Assembly (NCBI GenBank): GCA_965197645.1
Contig: OZ240219.1
Location: 3,008,001-3,072,000 of the forward strand
Origin: Dehalococcoidia bacterium
GTDB lineage: Bacteria > Chloroflexota > Dehalococcoidia > Plut-88900
Direction of reading: 5' to 3'
Length of the DNA stretch: 64,000 bases
Below are positions 34,073-43,647 of this stretch, in pieces. The notes under the pieces were generated by a model. It saw only the letters and a program-made list of their open reading frames with translations, was not told where the DNA came from and made no database searches. The stretch's first letter is position 1, and each line of letters opens with the position of its first letter. Made by a program: the position numbers and the translations under genes.

Positions 34073-34402
34073 ATGACCGAGCGAGTAAAGGACGAGGACG
34101 TCAGGAACGCGCCCATCAGGTGGAAGATCCAGGGGGCCGGGATGGCCATGGCAGGCGGGTTCGTGGCCCTGGTGGACAGGGACTCTGACCCGTTCCCTTG
34201 CATGGTTTACAAGGGACCGGAGGAGGTCAGGAAGGCCCATGAGAGAGCGTGCCGGGAGACCTGGGCCACCGCATGGGTGCTGGAGGGTGACACCATGGAG
34301 GAGGCAAGGAAGGCCCTGGCGGAGTCCCGCTTCCTGGGGACCGTCTACCACCTGAGCGACCGTGAGCTCCTGGACGACCGTCCTGAGGAGCACGCGCCCT
34401 AA
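34073..34402 (+). CDS. Hypothetical protein
   Basis: AAAGGAG RBS; codon usage matches the operon. Confidence 0.6.
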   Translation: MTERVKDEDVRNAPIRWKIQGAGMAMAGGFVALVDRDSDPFPCMVYKGPEEVRKAHERACRETWATAWVLEGDTMEEARKALAESRFLGTVYHLSDRELLDDRPEEHAP

Positions 34403-34493
34403 GGTAAGACGACACTCCGACCCCTATCCGGGGCCCACGCGGAGACACGTGCTCCCCGCGCATCGAATCAATCCACACCAAAAGGAGTTAGCA

Positions 34494-35120
34494 ATGCTCG
34501 CGACTCACAACATAGACCCGGAAGACCTGCACACCATCTCTGCCGGGGGCTTCTCTGCCACGGTGGACGCCTTCGCACGGGACGACCGCACTGAGGGTCT
34601 CTGGTTCGTCTCCATGGTCGGCTCCCAGACCGCGCTCAAGGCGATCTGGGCCTCGCTGCTCAAGCAGCCCCCCGACATTGCCCACATCAACAGGGGCGCC
34701 GACGGGATGCCCCTCTCCGGCGGCTACCAGCGGTGCGTCATCCCCTACGAGACCATCGGGACGTGGACAACCAAGATCGCAAGGCTCCCCGTCTCGGGGG
34801 GATGGCACGCCCTCGTATATACGAAGCAGGCGGAGTACGCCTTCGAGAAGGACTCCTTCCTGCTGCTGGCCCAGTCTACGGAGGAGGCCGCGGCGCTACA
34901 CCACCGCTTTCTCGACAAGCGCAGCCCGCTGCCCCTGCACGGCTCCTGGGCCGGCTGGCTCTGGGAGCGGGGCATCAGGGAGGAGGAGATAGTGCCTCTA
35001 CAGTCGGTGGGGGTATCGGCCTACCGGTGCTCCCCCAAGGCCGAGAAGCTCAGGGAGGACCTGTCTGCTGCCGTTGCGTCGGGTAGGCTCATTCTGCCCG
35101 GGGAGGTGTCCCATGGATAG
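34494..35120 (+). CDS. Hypothetical protein upstream of the methylase/helicase pair
   Basis: AAAGGAG RBS; LWFVSMVGSQTALKAIWASL and PLPLHGSWAGWLW. Confidence 0.7.
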   Translation: MLATHNIDPEDLHTISAGGFSATVDAFARDDRTEGLWFVSMVGSQTALKAIWASLLKQPPDIAHINRGADGMPLSGGYQRCVIPYETIGTWTTKIARLPVSGGWHALVYTKQAEYAFEKDSFLLLAQSTEEAAALHHRFLDKRSPLPLHGSWAGWLWERGIREEEIVPLQSVGVSAYRCSPKAEKLREDLSAAVASGRLILPGEVSHG

Positions 35121-35520
35121 AACGCTGAAGAGGGTCACATACCGCAACAGGCGGCGCATCCAGCGCAACTGGAAGGCGTGGCAGCTCTTCTCTCCCGACG
35201 GGGAGACCTGCCGCTTCTGCCCTCACGGGGCCGCCGACCACCTGACTTCGTCGGGGCAGCCCCACTTCTACCGGCCGGCAACGGAGGCGGAGTGGCGCGA
35301 CCCCTCGGTCACCCTCTACTACTACACCCTGCCGGGAGGTGGTTCCATGCTGGTCAAGAGGATGATCGTCGCCAACCGCACCGAGCTGATAACCGCCTAC
35401 TGCGCGGCCTGCGCAGAGAGCATGGGAACCTCCCAGGCGCTGTGCTTCCAGCGCAACCTGGCCATCGGAGAGCTGATCGGGCTACAGACCAACGACCAGG
35501 ACATCGAAGTCGCCGCCTGA
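35113..35520 (+). CDS. Cys/His-rich putative zinc-binding protein
   Basis: CRFCPHGAADH ... CAAC ... CFQ; GGAGGT RBS. Confidence 0.6.
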   Translation: MDRTLKRVTYRNRRRIQRNWKAWQLFSPDGETCRFCPHGAADHLTSSGQPHFYRPATEAEWRDPSVTLYYYTLPGGGSMLVKRMIVANRTELITAYCAACAESMGTSQALCFQRNLAIGELIGLQTNDQDIEVAA

Positions 35521-35549
35521 GGCGGCACACGAAAGAAAGGAGAAACGAC

Positions 35550-36587
35550 ATGAGACTCGCAGCCCAGGCGAAAGGGGGGTATTACCCCACTCCCCAGCGG
35601 GTGGTGGACCTGATCGCCGACCTGATTCGAACTCCCCCCGGCCGTTACCACCGGGACATGGAGACGCTGCGCATCCTCGACCCCTGCTGCGGGGCCGGGG
35701 ACGCCCTCCAGAGGCTGGCGGAGGGCCTCGACCGGCCCAACACCATCGCCATCAAGACCTACGGCGTGGAGCTGCACCGGGACCGGGCTGAGGACGCGGC
35801 GCGCCACCTCGACCGCACCCTGGCCTCGGACCTGTTCGCCACCTCCATAGCCAACGGGGCCTTCGGCCTGCTGTTTTTGAACCCTCCCTATGACTGGGAC
35901 TCGGAGGACAAGCGAGTCGAGCACGCCTTCCTGACCCACTGCACCCGCTACCTGGCCGAGAAGGGCCTCCTGGTCTTCATCGTCCCCAGGCAGCGCCTGG
36001 CGGTCTCGGCCCGCTACCTGTCCACCCACTACGAGCGGATGCGGTGCTGGGCCTTTCCGGCTCCCGAGCGGGAGGCCTTCGACCAGGTGGCGCTCTTCGG
36101 CTGCCGGAAGAAGGATCCGGTTCCCGACGCCTCCGCGGAGAGCATGGTGCTGGAGTGGTCCTACGGGGAGCCGGAGCCGCTGGACTCCTACACCTACCCG
36201 GAGTACACCCCGGCCACCACGCCGAGCGGAGACATCCTGTTCACCACCCGCACCGTCGATCCGGTGGCCGCGGCCGTAGAGGCCAGGCGGTCGGGGTTGT
36301 GGGCCAGCAAGGAGGTCACCGATACCCTGTGGCCGGTGAAGGACAGCCGCACCCGGCCCCTGATGCCCCTGAGACGGGGACACCTGGCGATGCTGGTGGC
36401 GGCGGGGTTCCTGGATAACCTGGTCCTGGAGGCCGAAGGGCGCCGCATCCTGGTCAAGGGGCGGACATCGAAGGAGATGGAGCTGGTGGAGGACTCCCCT
36501 GAGAAGGAGGTCCACCGGGAGAGGCTGATAACGACGGTGGTGGCCCTCGACCTGCACGGAGGCGAGATCACCGACATCGCGGCGTAG
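35550..36587 (+). CDS. DUF6094-type N6-adenine DNA methyltransferase
   Basis: GYYPTP, LDPCCGAG (motif I), YGVEL, LFLNPPYD (motif IV), PLMPLRRGHLAML. Confidence 0.9.
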   Translation: MRLAAQAKGGYYPTPQRVVDLIADLIRTPPGRYHRDMETLRILDPCCGAGDALQRLAEGLDRPNTIAIKTYGVELHRDRAEDAARHLDRTLASDLFATSIANGAFGLLFLNPPYDWDSEDKRVEHAFLTHCTRYLAEKGLLVFIVPRQRLAVSARYLSTHYERMRCWAFPAPEREAFDQVALFGCRKKDPVPDASAESMVLEWSYGEPEPLDSYTYPEYTPATTPSGDILFTTRTVDPVAAAVEARRSGLWASKEVTDTLWPVKDSRTRPLMPLRRGHLAMLVAAGFLDNLVLEAEGRRILVKGRTSKEMELVEDSPEKEVHRERLITTVVALDLHGGEITDIAA

Positions 36588-36839
36588 ACGGCTTCCGTAT
36601 AGCCGCACACGACGAGGTCTGCCGCCGGCGACCTCGCACGACCTGGTGACACGGAACAAAAGCTACTTCAGAACCATGGGGAGGGCGCTCACGGCGCACC
36701 CCGGGACACCTCATGCGCCCTCCCTACTCCCCAGGGGGGAGTGGGCGTAGTGCGCCTTGCTCCAGGACCGCTCATGCGACTGGGGTAGGCGATAGGTGCT
36801 TCCGAGGCTCCGTGGATGTCCTCCCGAAAGGAGACATCC

Positions 36840-39024
36840 ATGAACCTCGGAGAGTTCATAGACAAGTTCAAGGAGGCGATAGCGCGACGGGTGGTGGAGT
36901 CCTACCCGCCCCTCTACCGCCCCTCGGAGAACGGCGGCACCCTGCCCCAACTGCTCCGGAAGCCCCTGGGGGCGCAGGCCGACGCCATCAGGGGCGCGGC
37001 CCTCTCGCTCTGGGCCCACCGGGGCACCACGGTAGTCGGCGAGATGGGCACGGGCAAGACCTTCATCGGAGCGGCCGCGGCCCACATGGCGGGGTTCAAG
37101 AGGATACTGGTCCTCTGCCCGCCTCACCTTACCAGGAAGTGGAAGCGGGAGGTGGAGCAGACGGTGCCGGGCGCACAGGCCGCCATCGTCGCGTCCATCA
37201 CAGACCTGGAGAGGCTCCGCCTCTCGGTGGGGACCGGCCCGCTGTTCGCGGTGATGTCCAGGGAGCGGGCCAAGCTCTCCTACCGCTGGAAGGCCGCCGT
37301 GATAGAGCGGTGGGCCGTCTCGGGCGGAACCGACGGCAAGCCGGCAAGGCTGGTGCGGGACGAAGAGACGGGCGAGCCCTTCCGCGTCCCCTGCTGCCCG
37401 GCCTGCACGGTGCAGATAGTGGACAGGGACGGCGTGCCCCTAACCGACGCCGACCTGAACCGTAGGAAGCACACCTGCGCTGCCTGCGGCTCCCCCCTCT
37501 GGCAGGCCGACGGGTCCGGCCCCAAGCGCTACCCTCTCAGCGACTACGTGAAGCACCACATGAGGGGCTTCTTCGACCTGCTCATCGGCGACGAGGTGCA
37601 CGAGTTCAAGGGACGAGGCTCCGCCCAGGGCATAGCGGCGGGCGTCCTCGCCGACGCCTGCGGCAGGTCCCTCAGCCTGACCGGGACCCTCCTCGGCGGC
37701 TACTCCTCCACCATCTTCCACCTGCTCTACAGGTTCTCACCCGAGATCAGGACGGAGTTCGGGCGCTCCGATGAGGGCCGCTGGATCAAGCGCTACGGCT
37801 TCGAGGAGCACACCATCGGCAAGCCCGACGACGATGCGCTGGAGGACGGAAGGTTCAGCCGCCGCCGCAAGTTCCGCAAGGTGGTGCGAGAGAGGCCCGG
37901 GCTGGTGCCATCGGCCCTCTTCCACATCATCCCCAACACCGTCTTCCTCCGCCTCTCCGACGTGGCCTCCGGGCTGCCCGACTACGAGGAGCGGATACTC
38001 CTGTCCTCGATGGACACCGAGGAGGACGCGACGGGCTACTCCCAGCGCACCGCCTACAACACGGTGTTCGAGGAGCTTCGCAAGGAGCTGGCCAGCGCGC
38101 TCAAGAGCGGTTCCAAGCGTCTGCTGGCGACCTACCTGCAGACCCTCCTGGCCTACCCAGAGGGCTGCACCAGGGGCGAGACGGTCTTCGATCCCAGGTC
38201 GGGGGACGTCATCGTGCAGGTGCCGCCCCTGTCGGAGGAGAGGCTCTACCCCAAGGAGAAGGCGCTGGTCGACCTGGTGGCCGCCGAGCGGATGGAAGGA
38301 AGGCGAGTGCTGGTCTACGCCACCCATACGGGCACCAGGGACATCACCGGGCGCATGGAGGAGATCCTCACCCGGCACGGCTTCCGGGTGGCGGTGATGA
38401 AGGCCGACGCGGTGGCCCCGGAGAAGCGGGAGGCCTGGGTTGCCGGCAGGGTCAAACAGGGCATCGACGTGATGGTCTGCCATCCCAGGCTGGTGCAGAC
38501 GGGCCTCGACCTCATCGACTTCCCCACCCTGGTCTGGTTCGAGACTGATTACAGTGTTTACGTGTCCAGGCAGGCCTCCCGCCGGTCGTGGCGCATCGGG
38601 CAGACCCTCCCGGTCAAGGTGGTGTTCATGTCCTACCGGAACACGCTGCAGGCCGACGCCCTGAAGCTGGTGGCCAAGAAGCTGCAGAGCTCCCTCGCCG
38701 TCGAGGGGGAGCTTCCGGAGGACGGGCTGGCCGCCTACGGGGACGACGGCGACGACCTGGTGATGGCCCTGGCCCGCAAGATCGTGAGCGGCGAGGAGCA
38801 GGCCGAGGCCGAAACGGTGGAGGAGGTGTTCGCCCAGGCGCGGAACGCCGAGGCCGACGGTCGAGGAGCCGCAGCAGTCGCTGTTCTCCTGGGCCGAGTT
38901 CATGGCCGAGGAGCCGGTGAAGCCGAAGCGCCGCAACGGGAAGCCCCAACCTGCAAGCCTCTCCATGTTCGAGTGGGCAATGGAGCAGGAGCGGGAGAAG
39001 GAGCCGGTCAGCGCAGCACGCTAG
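36840..39024 (+). CDS. SF2 (SNF2-like) helicase with Zn-ribbon insertion; frameshift near 38855 separates its probable natural C-terminus
   Basis: GEMGTGKT, CCPAC/CAAC, IGDEVH, LTGT, QTGLDL, RQASRRSWRIGQ. An alternate frame gives ...EEPQQSLFSWAEF...AAR* ending at 39024. Confidence 0.85.
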
Positions 39025-39122
39025 ACCGCATAGCACGGGAGAGGTCGCCGCCAACGGCGCGGCGGCCTCCCCGCAACCGTGGCATCGGAGCAAGACACCA
39101 ACGACTGAAAGGAGAACAACCA

Positions 39123-39329
39123 ATGGCACGAATCTTCGTATACGACGACCGCGAGTTCCCGGACCCCGACCCCCGGATGACCGTCGACCAGGTGAAGGCG
39201 ACGCTCTCGGATTTCTACGGCGAGATCGCCAACGCCTCGGTCAAGGAGACCAAGCGCGGCGAAGACACCGTCTACGAGTTCCAGCGCAGGGTGGGCACCA
39301 AGGGCGCCTTCACCCAGCCTCGGTGCTAG
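39123..39329 (+). CDS. Ubiquitin-like (beta-grasp) PRTRC system protein C homologue
   Basis: MARIFVYDDREFPDPDPRMTVDQVK...FYGEIANA...YEFQRRVGTKG plus a 7-aa tail; own AAAGGAG RBS. Confidence 0.88.
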   Translation: MARIFVYDDREFPDPDPRMTVDQVKATLSDFYGEIANASVKETKRGEDTVYEFQRRVGTKGAFTQPRC

Positions 39330-39341
39330 GGAGGTAGTCCG

Positions 39342-39572
39342 ATGAACAACCGGACATTCGCCAGCCTGCTAGTGGCAACCCCGCCTGCGGGCCTCAGCAT
39401 CCTTGAGCTCACGGCGGAGCTCACGCGGCCCGACGGCTCCCTGGACCTGGACGCCGCGGCCTCCCGTCAGAAGGAGGTGGAGATGGCCTGCACCCAGACC
39501 CAGGACTACGCCGCGTCCACGGGACGCTTGCTGGAGGCGCTGAAATGGAAGCTGCGGCCCCGGCGCTCCTGA
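39342..39572 (+). CDS. Small hypothetical protein within the Ubl cassette
   Basis: GGAGGT RBS; overlaps the next gene. Confidence 0.6.
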   Translation: MNNRTFASLLVATPPAGLSILELTAELTRPDGSLDLDAAASRQKEVEMACTQTQDYAASTGRLLEALKWKLRPRRS

Positions 39573-40396
39573 GCGGCCTGGCGGGACTGCTCCTGCGGCG
39601 TCCGCCGTCGCTGCGGGAGCTGGTGACGCTGGCCGGCTACGCCGACGACTACGCATGGTTCGCGGGGCTGGTGCATCGCCTCTTCCCCAGAGAGGCGGAG
39701 TCGGCGCTTGCGGCCCCCGACGTGCGCACGAGGGTGGAGCGGTTCGCCAATCTCTTCGGAGAGCGGCACTTCCCCCTCTACATGCCGGTAATCGAGTTCT
39801 GGTCGGACGACGGGGACGACCCGCTCTGGTCCTGGCTGAGGCAGGGCATCCCCTTCGACCTGATGGGATTCGGCTACGACAGCCTGCACGAGCTGTGGCA
39901 CGGCTACCGCGAGGGCCTCTCCGTCATGCTCCTGCTGGCCAAACCCCCGGACTTTTTCTACGGGGAGTCCGACGAGATACGCGTGGCCTGGCTTGAATCT
40001 GCCGCCGAGCGCATCCCGCAAGAGACATTGGAGAGGATGCCCCAGGGCGGCATACCCCTGGACGCCCTGGCGGAGGCGTTGAAGGGCTCGAAGTTCGAGG
40101 GGGCGGCTCAGGCCGCCTCCTGGGTCTTCGCCGAGACCGGCAACTTCTTCTTGGACCATTCGTATGAGGATGGCAGCTACGACGGCTTCGCCGACCCCTG
40201 GGAGGATGAGGTCATCGCCGAGGGAGCCGAAGAGTGGCGCAAGGCCAAGGCCCTCATGGACTCGGTGTGCAAGCTGACCGACTGGCTGGAGGATGACCTC
40301 CCCGGCCGCTTCGCCGAAATGCTGGACTTCGTCCTGCCCCGCGTCTCCGAACGACAACAAGAACAAGGAAAGGAGGAAAGCGACCATGACGACTGA
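39545..40396 (+). CDS. Acidic alpha-helical protein, positional equivalent of PRTRC protein F
   Basis: Lies between Ubl and E2; TGNFFLD...PW segment. Confidence 0.55.
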   Translation: MEAAAPALLSGLAGLLLRRPPSLRELVTLAGYADDYAWFAGLVHRLFPREAESALAAPDVRTRVERFANLFGERHFPLYMPVIEFWSDDGDDPLWSWLRQGIPFDLMGFGYDSLHELWHGYREGLSVMLLLAKPPDFFYGESDEIRVAWLESAAERIPQETLERMPQGGIPLDALAEALKGSKFEGAAQAASWVFAETGNFFLDHSYEDGSYDGFADPWEDEVIAEGAEEWRKAKALMDSVCKLTDWLEDDLPGRFAEMLDFVLPRVSERQQEQGKEESDHDD

Positions 40397-41096
40397 GGCT
40401 GAGAAGACCGTGTGGTCCCTTCCGGGCCCGGATGAAATACCCAGGGACAAGCTTCAGCTCCAGCTGGAGGTCTACGACGAGACTATCCTGCTGCGGGGCT
40501 TCGAGGGAGACTCCGCCTGGGTGAGGACTGTCTCTGCGGACGGGATCGCCAACGTCTTCACCCAACACCTGGAATTCTCCTCGGGGCTGCTGCCCCGGGA
40601 AGCCCTCTGGTGGAACCAGGGCGAGACCGGGCAGGTGGTGGCCCTGTGGAGGCCGCCCCAGGTCTGGCCGGTGGCCCTGCAACGGGAGGCGTTCAAGCCC
40701 CCCGCACGGCTCCGGCTTCCCATGCCGGGGCTGGTCTTCGTCTGCTCGCCGGGCCGCGCGCCCTGGGTCTACGCCGCGTTGGAGCGACCGACTCACTCCG
40801 ATGCGCATCTCTACCGGATGCCCGCCTTCAACGTCTTCGGCGACGGGCGGGTCTGCCCCGGAAGCCACCGGTTCCCCGAGGAGGTGGGACTGATACCCGA
40901 GTCCTTCTTCCAGTCCTACTTCTCCCTTACCGGAGACACGCACAACCGCTCGAAGAAGCACTCTGAAAACCTGCACGCGCTATGGGAGGAGATAGATGGA
41001 ACAACTGAGTACCCGGTTGAGGACCTTGTTCCCCAGTGCACGGTGGCCCACGCCATGGCGGTCTCCGAGGGGAGACGGGGCTATGGCTACCGCTAG
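40386..41096 (+). CDS. Prokaryotic E2 family D (PRTRC protein B-like)
   Basis: SGLLP, LWRPP, LPMPGLVF, LYRMPAFNVFGDGRVCPGS (candidate catalytic Cys), FFQSYFS. Confidence 0.85.
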   Translation: MTTEAEKTVWSLPGPDEIPRDKLQLQLEVYDETILLRGFEGDSAWVRTVSADGIANVFTQHLEFSSGLLPREALWWNQGETGQVVALWRPPQVWPVALQREAFKPPARLRLPMPGLVFVCSPGRAPWVYAALERPTHSDAHLYRMPAFNVFGDGRVCPGSHRFPEEVGLIPESFFQSYFSLTGDTHNRSKKHSENLHALWEEIDGTTEYPVEDLVPQCTVAHAMAVSEGRRGYGYR

Positions 41097-41748
41097 CGGC
41101 GGGCCTGCCGCGTCCGACCGACCGGCGCCGGTCGGCTATCTCGTCAATCACGAGGACGGGCTGACCGGTGCCCACGGCATCGGCTTCGACTACGTTCTGG
41201 GATCGGGCGGCCTCTACGTTCAATCCGAGAGCGCCCACCTGACAGCCCGCGTGCCGGTGGCCCCCTGCGAGGTTCGGGGACTCGCTCCCGTGGCCGAGAA
41301 GGTGGAGCTCTCCCACGGCCCCATCCCGTCGCAACTCTTCGAGCTGGGGCTGCACTGGTTCCGGGACGACCCCGACACCGAGCGGTTCTTCGCCGTGCGC
41401 TGGGACGGGCGTTCCTACCGGCTGGTGGTCCCGCCGCAGGCGGGGACTGCAACGAGACTCGCGTATCAGCCCCCCGCCGGGGTGGTCGCCGAGTTCCACT
41501 CCCACGGAAGCTCCCGCGCCTTCTTCTCGGTTACCGACGACCGGGACGAGCAGGGCTTCCGCATCTACGGCGTCGCCGGACGCCTCGACACCGACCGGCC
41601 AGCGCTGAGCCTGCGCGTGGGGGTCTACGGCCACTTCGCCCCGCTGGACTGGCCGCAGGTGTTCGACGGCCCTAACCCCGGCGTCCGGCTCATCGACGCC
41701 GAGCCGGAATTGCCAGACGCACCAATCAAAGAACAAGGAGGTGATTGA
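41083..41748 (+). CDS. JAB/MPN metallo-isopeptidase (PRTRC protein A-like)
   Basis: TERFFAV ... EFHSHGSSRAFFSVTDDRDE...IYGVAG. Confidence 0.9.
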   Translation: MATASGGPAASDRPAPVGYLVNHEDGLTGAHGIGFDYVLGSGGLYVQSESAHLTARVPVAPCEVRGLAPVAEKVELSHGPIPSQLFELGLHWFRDDPDTERFFAVRWDGRSYRLVVPPQAGTATRLAYQPPAGVVAEFHSHGSSRAFFSVTDDRDEQGFRIYGVAGRLDTDRPALSLRVGVYGHFAPLDWPQVFDGPNPGVRLIDAEPELPDAPIKEQGGD

Positions 41749-41749
41749 A

Positions 41750-42565
41750 ATGCCCTACCTCCTGGACAACGCGTTCCTGCTGGACAATCCCTGGATAACC
41801 GTAGTGGGCTGCGGTGGTACCGGCGGCTTCGTCGCCGAGGGTCTCTGCCGCCTCTTCCAGGGGCGGGAGGCCACCATCGTCCTGGTCGACCACGACCGGG
41901 TCGAGCCCCACAACCTGCTGCGCCAGAACTTCTACGCAGAGGACGTGGGCGGCTTCAAGAGCCAGGCTCTGGCCGACCGGCTGGCGCGGGCCTACCGAAG
42001 GCCGGTCGGCTACTCGGTCTACCCCTTCAGGGAGTACGACGACAATCCCAACGGGCAAGGCTACCCCGGCCTCGTCGACTACGGCGACAGCCTCATCATC
42101 GGCTGCGCCGACAACGCCGCCGCACGCAGGGCGATGGCTGAGTGCCTGCCGGGTGACCCGCGACGGTGGCTCATCGACGCGGGCAACGACACCAACTGGG
42201 GACAGGTGCTGGTGGGCAACGTCGCCGACCAGGTATCATGGGACGAGCCTGCCTTCGTAGAGCAGACCTGTCACCTGCTGCCCGCGCCCACGCTGCAACG
42301 ACCAGACCTGCTGACGGCTGTATCGACCAGGCCGCCGGACGTGGACTGTGCTGCCGCCCTCGACCTCACCGACCAAGACCCAACCATCAACCAGATGATG
42401 GCCTCGCTGGTGCTCCAGGTGGTGCGCCGCATGGTGGCGGGAACCTGCCCCTTCATGGGCCTCTATCTGGACATGGACCTGGGCACGGTCACGCCCACCT
42501 ACATCACCCCGGAGGCGGTGGAGCGCATCGTGGGGCCGGACTCCGAGTGGGAAATATCGGCCTAG
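41750..42565 (+). CDS. ThiF/E1-like adenylating enzyme (PRTRC ThiF)
   Basis: VVGCGGTGG, DHDRVEPHNLLRQ, IGCADN, IDAGN, DCAAAL...INQMMA. Confidence 0.93.
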   Translation: MPYLLDNAFLLDNPWITVVGCGGTGGFVAEGLCRLFQGREATIVLVDHDRVEPHNLLRQNFYAEDVGGFKSQALADRLARAYRRPVGYSVYPFREYDDNPNGQGYPGLVDYGDSLIIGCADNAAARRAMAECLPGDPRRWLIDAGNDTNWGQVLVGNVADQVSWDEPAFVEQTCHLLPAPTLQRPDLLTAVSTRPPDVDCAAALDLTDQDPTINQMMASLVLQVVRRMVAGTCPFMGLYLDMDLGTVTPTYITPEAVERIVGPDSEWEISA

Positions 42566-42616
42566 CCGTCAACGCACAAGCACACCCTCAGAGAGCAACA
42601 AGGAGAAGGAGAAACC

Positions 42617-43012
42617 ATGTCTAACGAAAACGGAACCACCAAGACCACCACGATCTGGCAGGACAACCACAGTGGGCTTCGCAGGCACAAGCTCATGACC
42701 AAGGAGCTCGAGGACACCATCCCGCCCCTCTACGCCAATGACGGCGCGGACGACCCCGACGCCGTGGTCGCCAAGGTGAAACTGTTCAGCCCCTACAACG
42801 GCTGGCGCTGGTACATCACGGAATGGGAGTCGGAGACTGGGCTGTGCTTCGGCCTCGTGGAGGGATTCGAGGTGGAACTGGGCTACTTTGATCTTACGGA
42901 ACTCTCGGAAGTCACCGTGTTCGGCGGCGTCCCCGCCGTGGAGCGCGACCTGTACTGGGAGCCGCAGACCCTGGGTGAGATCAGGAGGCAGGCGTCGGGG
43001 ATTGCGGCCTAG
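42617..43012 (+). CDS. DUF2958 family protein
   Basis: KLFSPYNGWRWYITE...FGLVEGFEVELGYFDLTEL...VERDLYW. Confidence 0.9.
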   Translation: MSNENGTTKTTTIWQDNHSGLRRHKLMTKELEDTIPPLYANDGADDPDAVVAKVKLFSPYNGWRWYITEWESETGLCFGLVEGFEVELGYFDLTELSEVTVFGGVPAVERDLYWEPQTLGEIRRQASGIAA

Positions 43013-43059
43013 TCAGCGGCGCACATAAGCGCAGCCTTATAACAAGGAAAGGAGCAACC

Positions 43060-43560
43060 ATGCCTGACGAGAATGGAACGGAAGCAACCCGCTCGGACGT
43101 CCCGAGCGCAGACGAGAATCTCTTCGGCGATGCGGCGGACGACACGGAAGCCGCCGTTGTCGAAGAGGAAGGCTCCAACGGTGAGACCGAACAGGACGGC
43201 CAGGGCTCCGATGACGCCGGGGAGCAGGCCGCAGGAGACTCAACCGAAGCCTCCGAGGACCTGAAGGTCGTCGTGTCCATCAAGGGCGGCCGGGCCACCA
43301 TCGGGGTGCAGCAGCCTTCGTTCGACCCGCACATCGAGACTTTCGACGACGTTGACCTGGCCGGGCTGACGCAGGAGACCCTAGCGGTGGTCGTACGAGC
43401 CAGGCTCAGGTGGGAGGAGGCGCCCAAGCATCCGGCGCACGAGAGGCCCGCTCCCCCGACCAGACGCCGGAACCGGCGCGGGCAGGGGTCGGCCCAGACC
43501 TCGGACGCTGAGGAAGGCACTGAGCAACAGCAGCAGCCCGAGACGCTGAGGCTGTTCTAA
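43060..43560 (+). CDS. Acidic low-complexity protein, possibly PRTRC protein E-like
   Basis: Acidic N-terminus, folded core LKVVVSIKGGRATIGVQQP, C-terminal ETLRLF. Confidence 0.6.
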   Translation: MPDENGTEATRSDVPSADENLFGDAADDTEAAVVEEEGSNGETEQDGQGSDDAGEQAAGDSTEASEDLKVVVSIKGGRATIGVQQPSFDPHIETFDDVDLAGLTQETLAVVVRARLRWEEAPKHPAHERPAPPTRRRNRRGQGSAQTSDAEEGTEQQQQPETLRLF

Positions 43561-43621
43561 GGGACGGACCTTGACGACGGCACACGGGGGGAGGGACGCT
43601 ACAATAGCGTCCTTCTCCCAC

Positions 43622-43647
43622 AGGCCGATGCATATGCGGCCTTTTTT
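43622..43647 (+). terminator. Rho-independent terminator ending the ICE operon
   Basis: AGGCCG-atgcatatg-CGGCCT followed by a T tract. Confidence 0.7.

Noticed and set aside
16283-38966. Many long overlapping alternative-frame ORFs (e.g. 17394-19100, 22764-24143, 35397-36659, 37737-38966)
   Set aside because: Expected shadow ORFs in high-GC coding DNA; Arg/Pro/Gly-rich and without motifs
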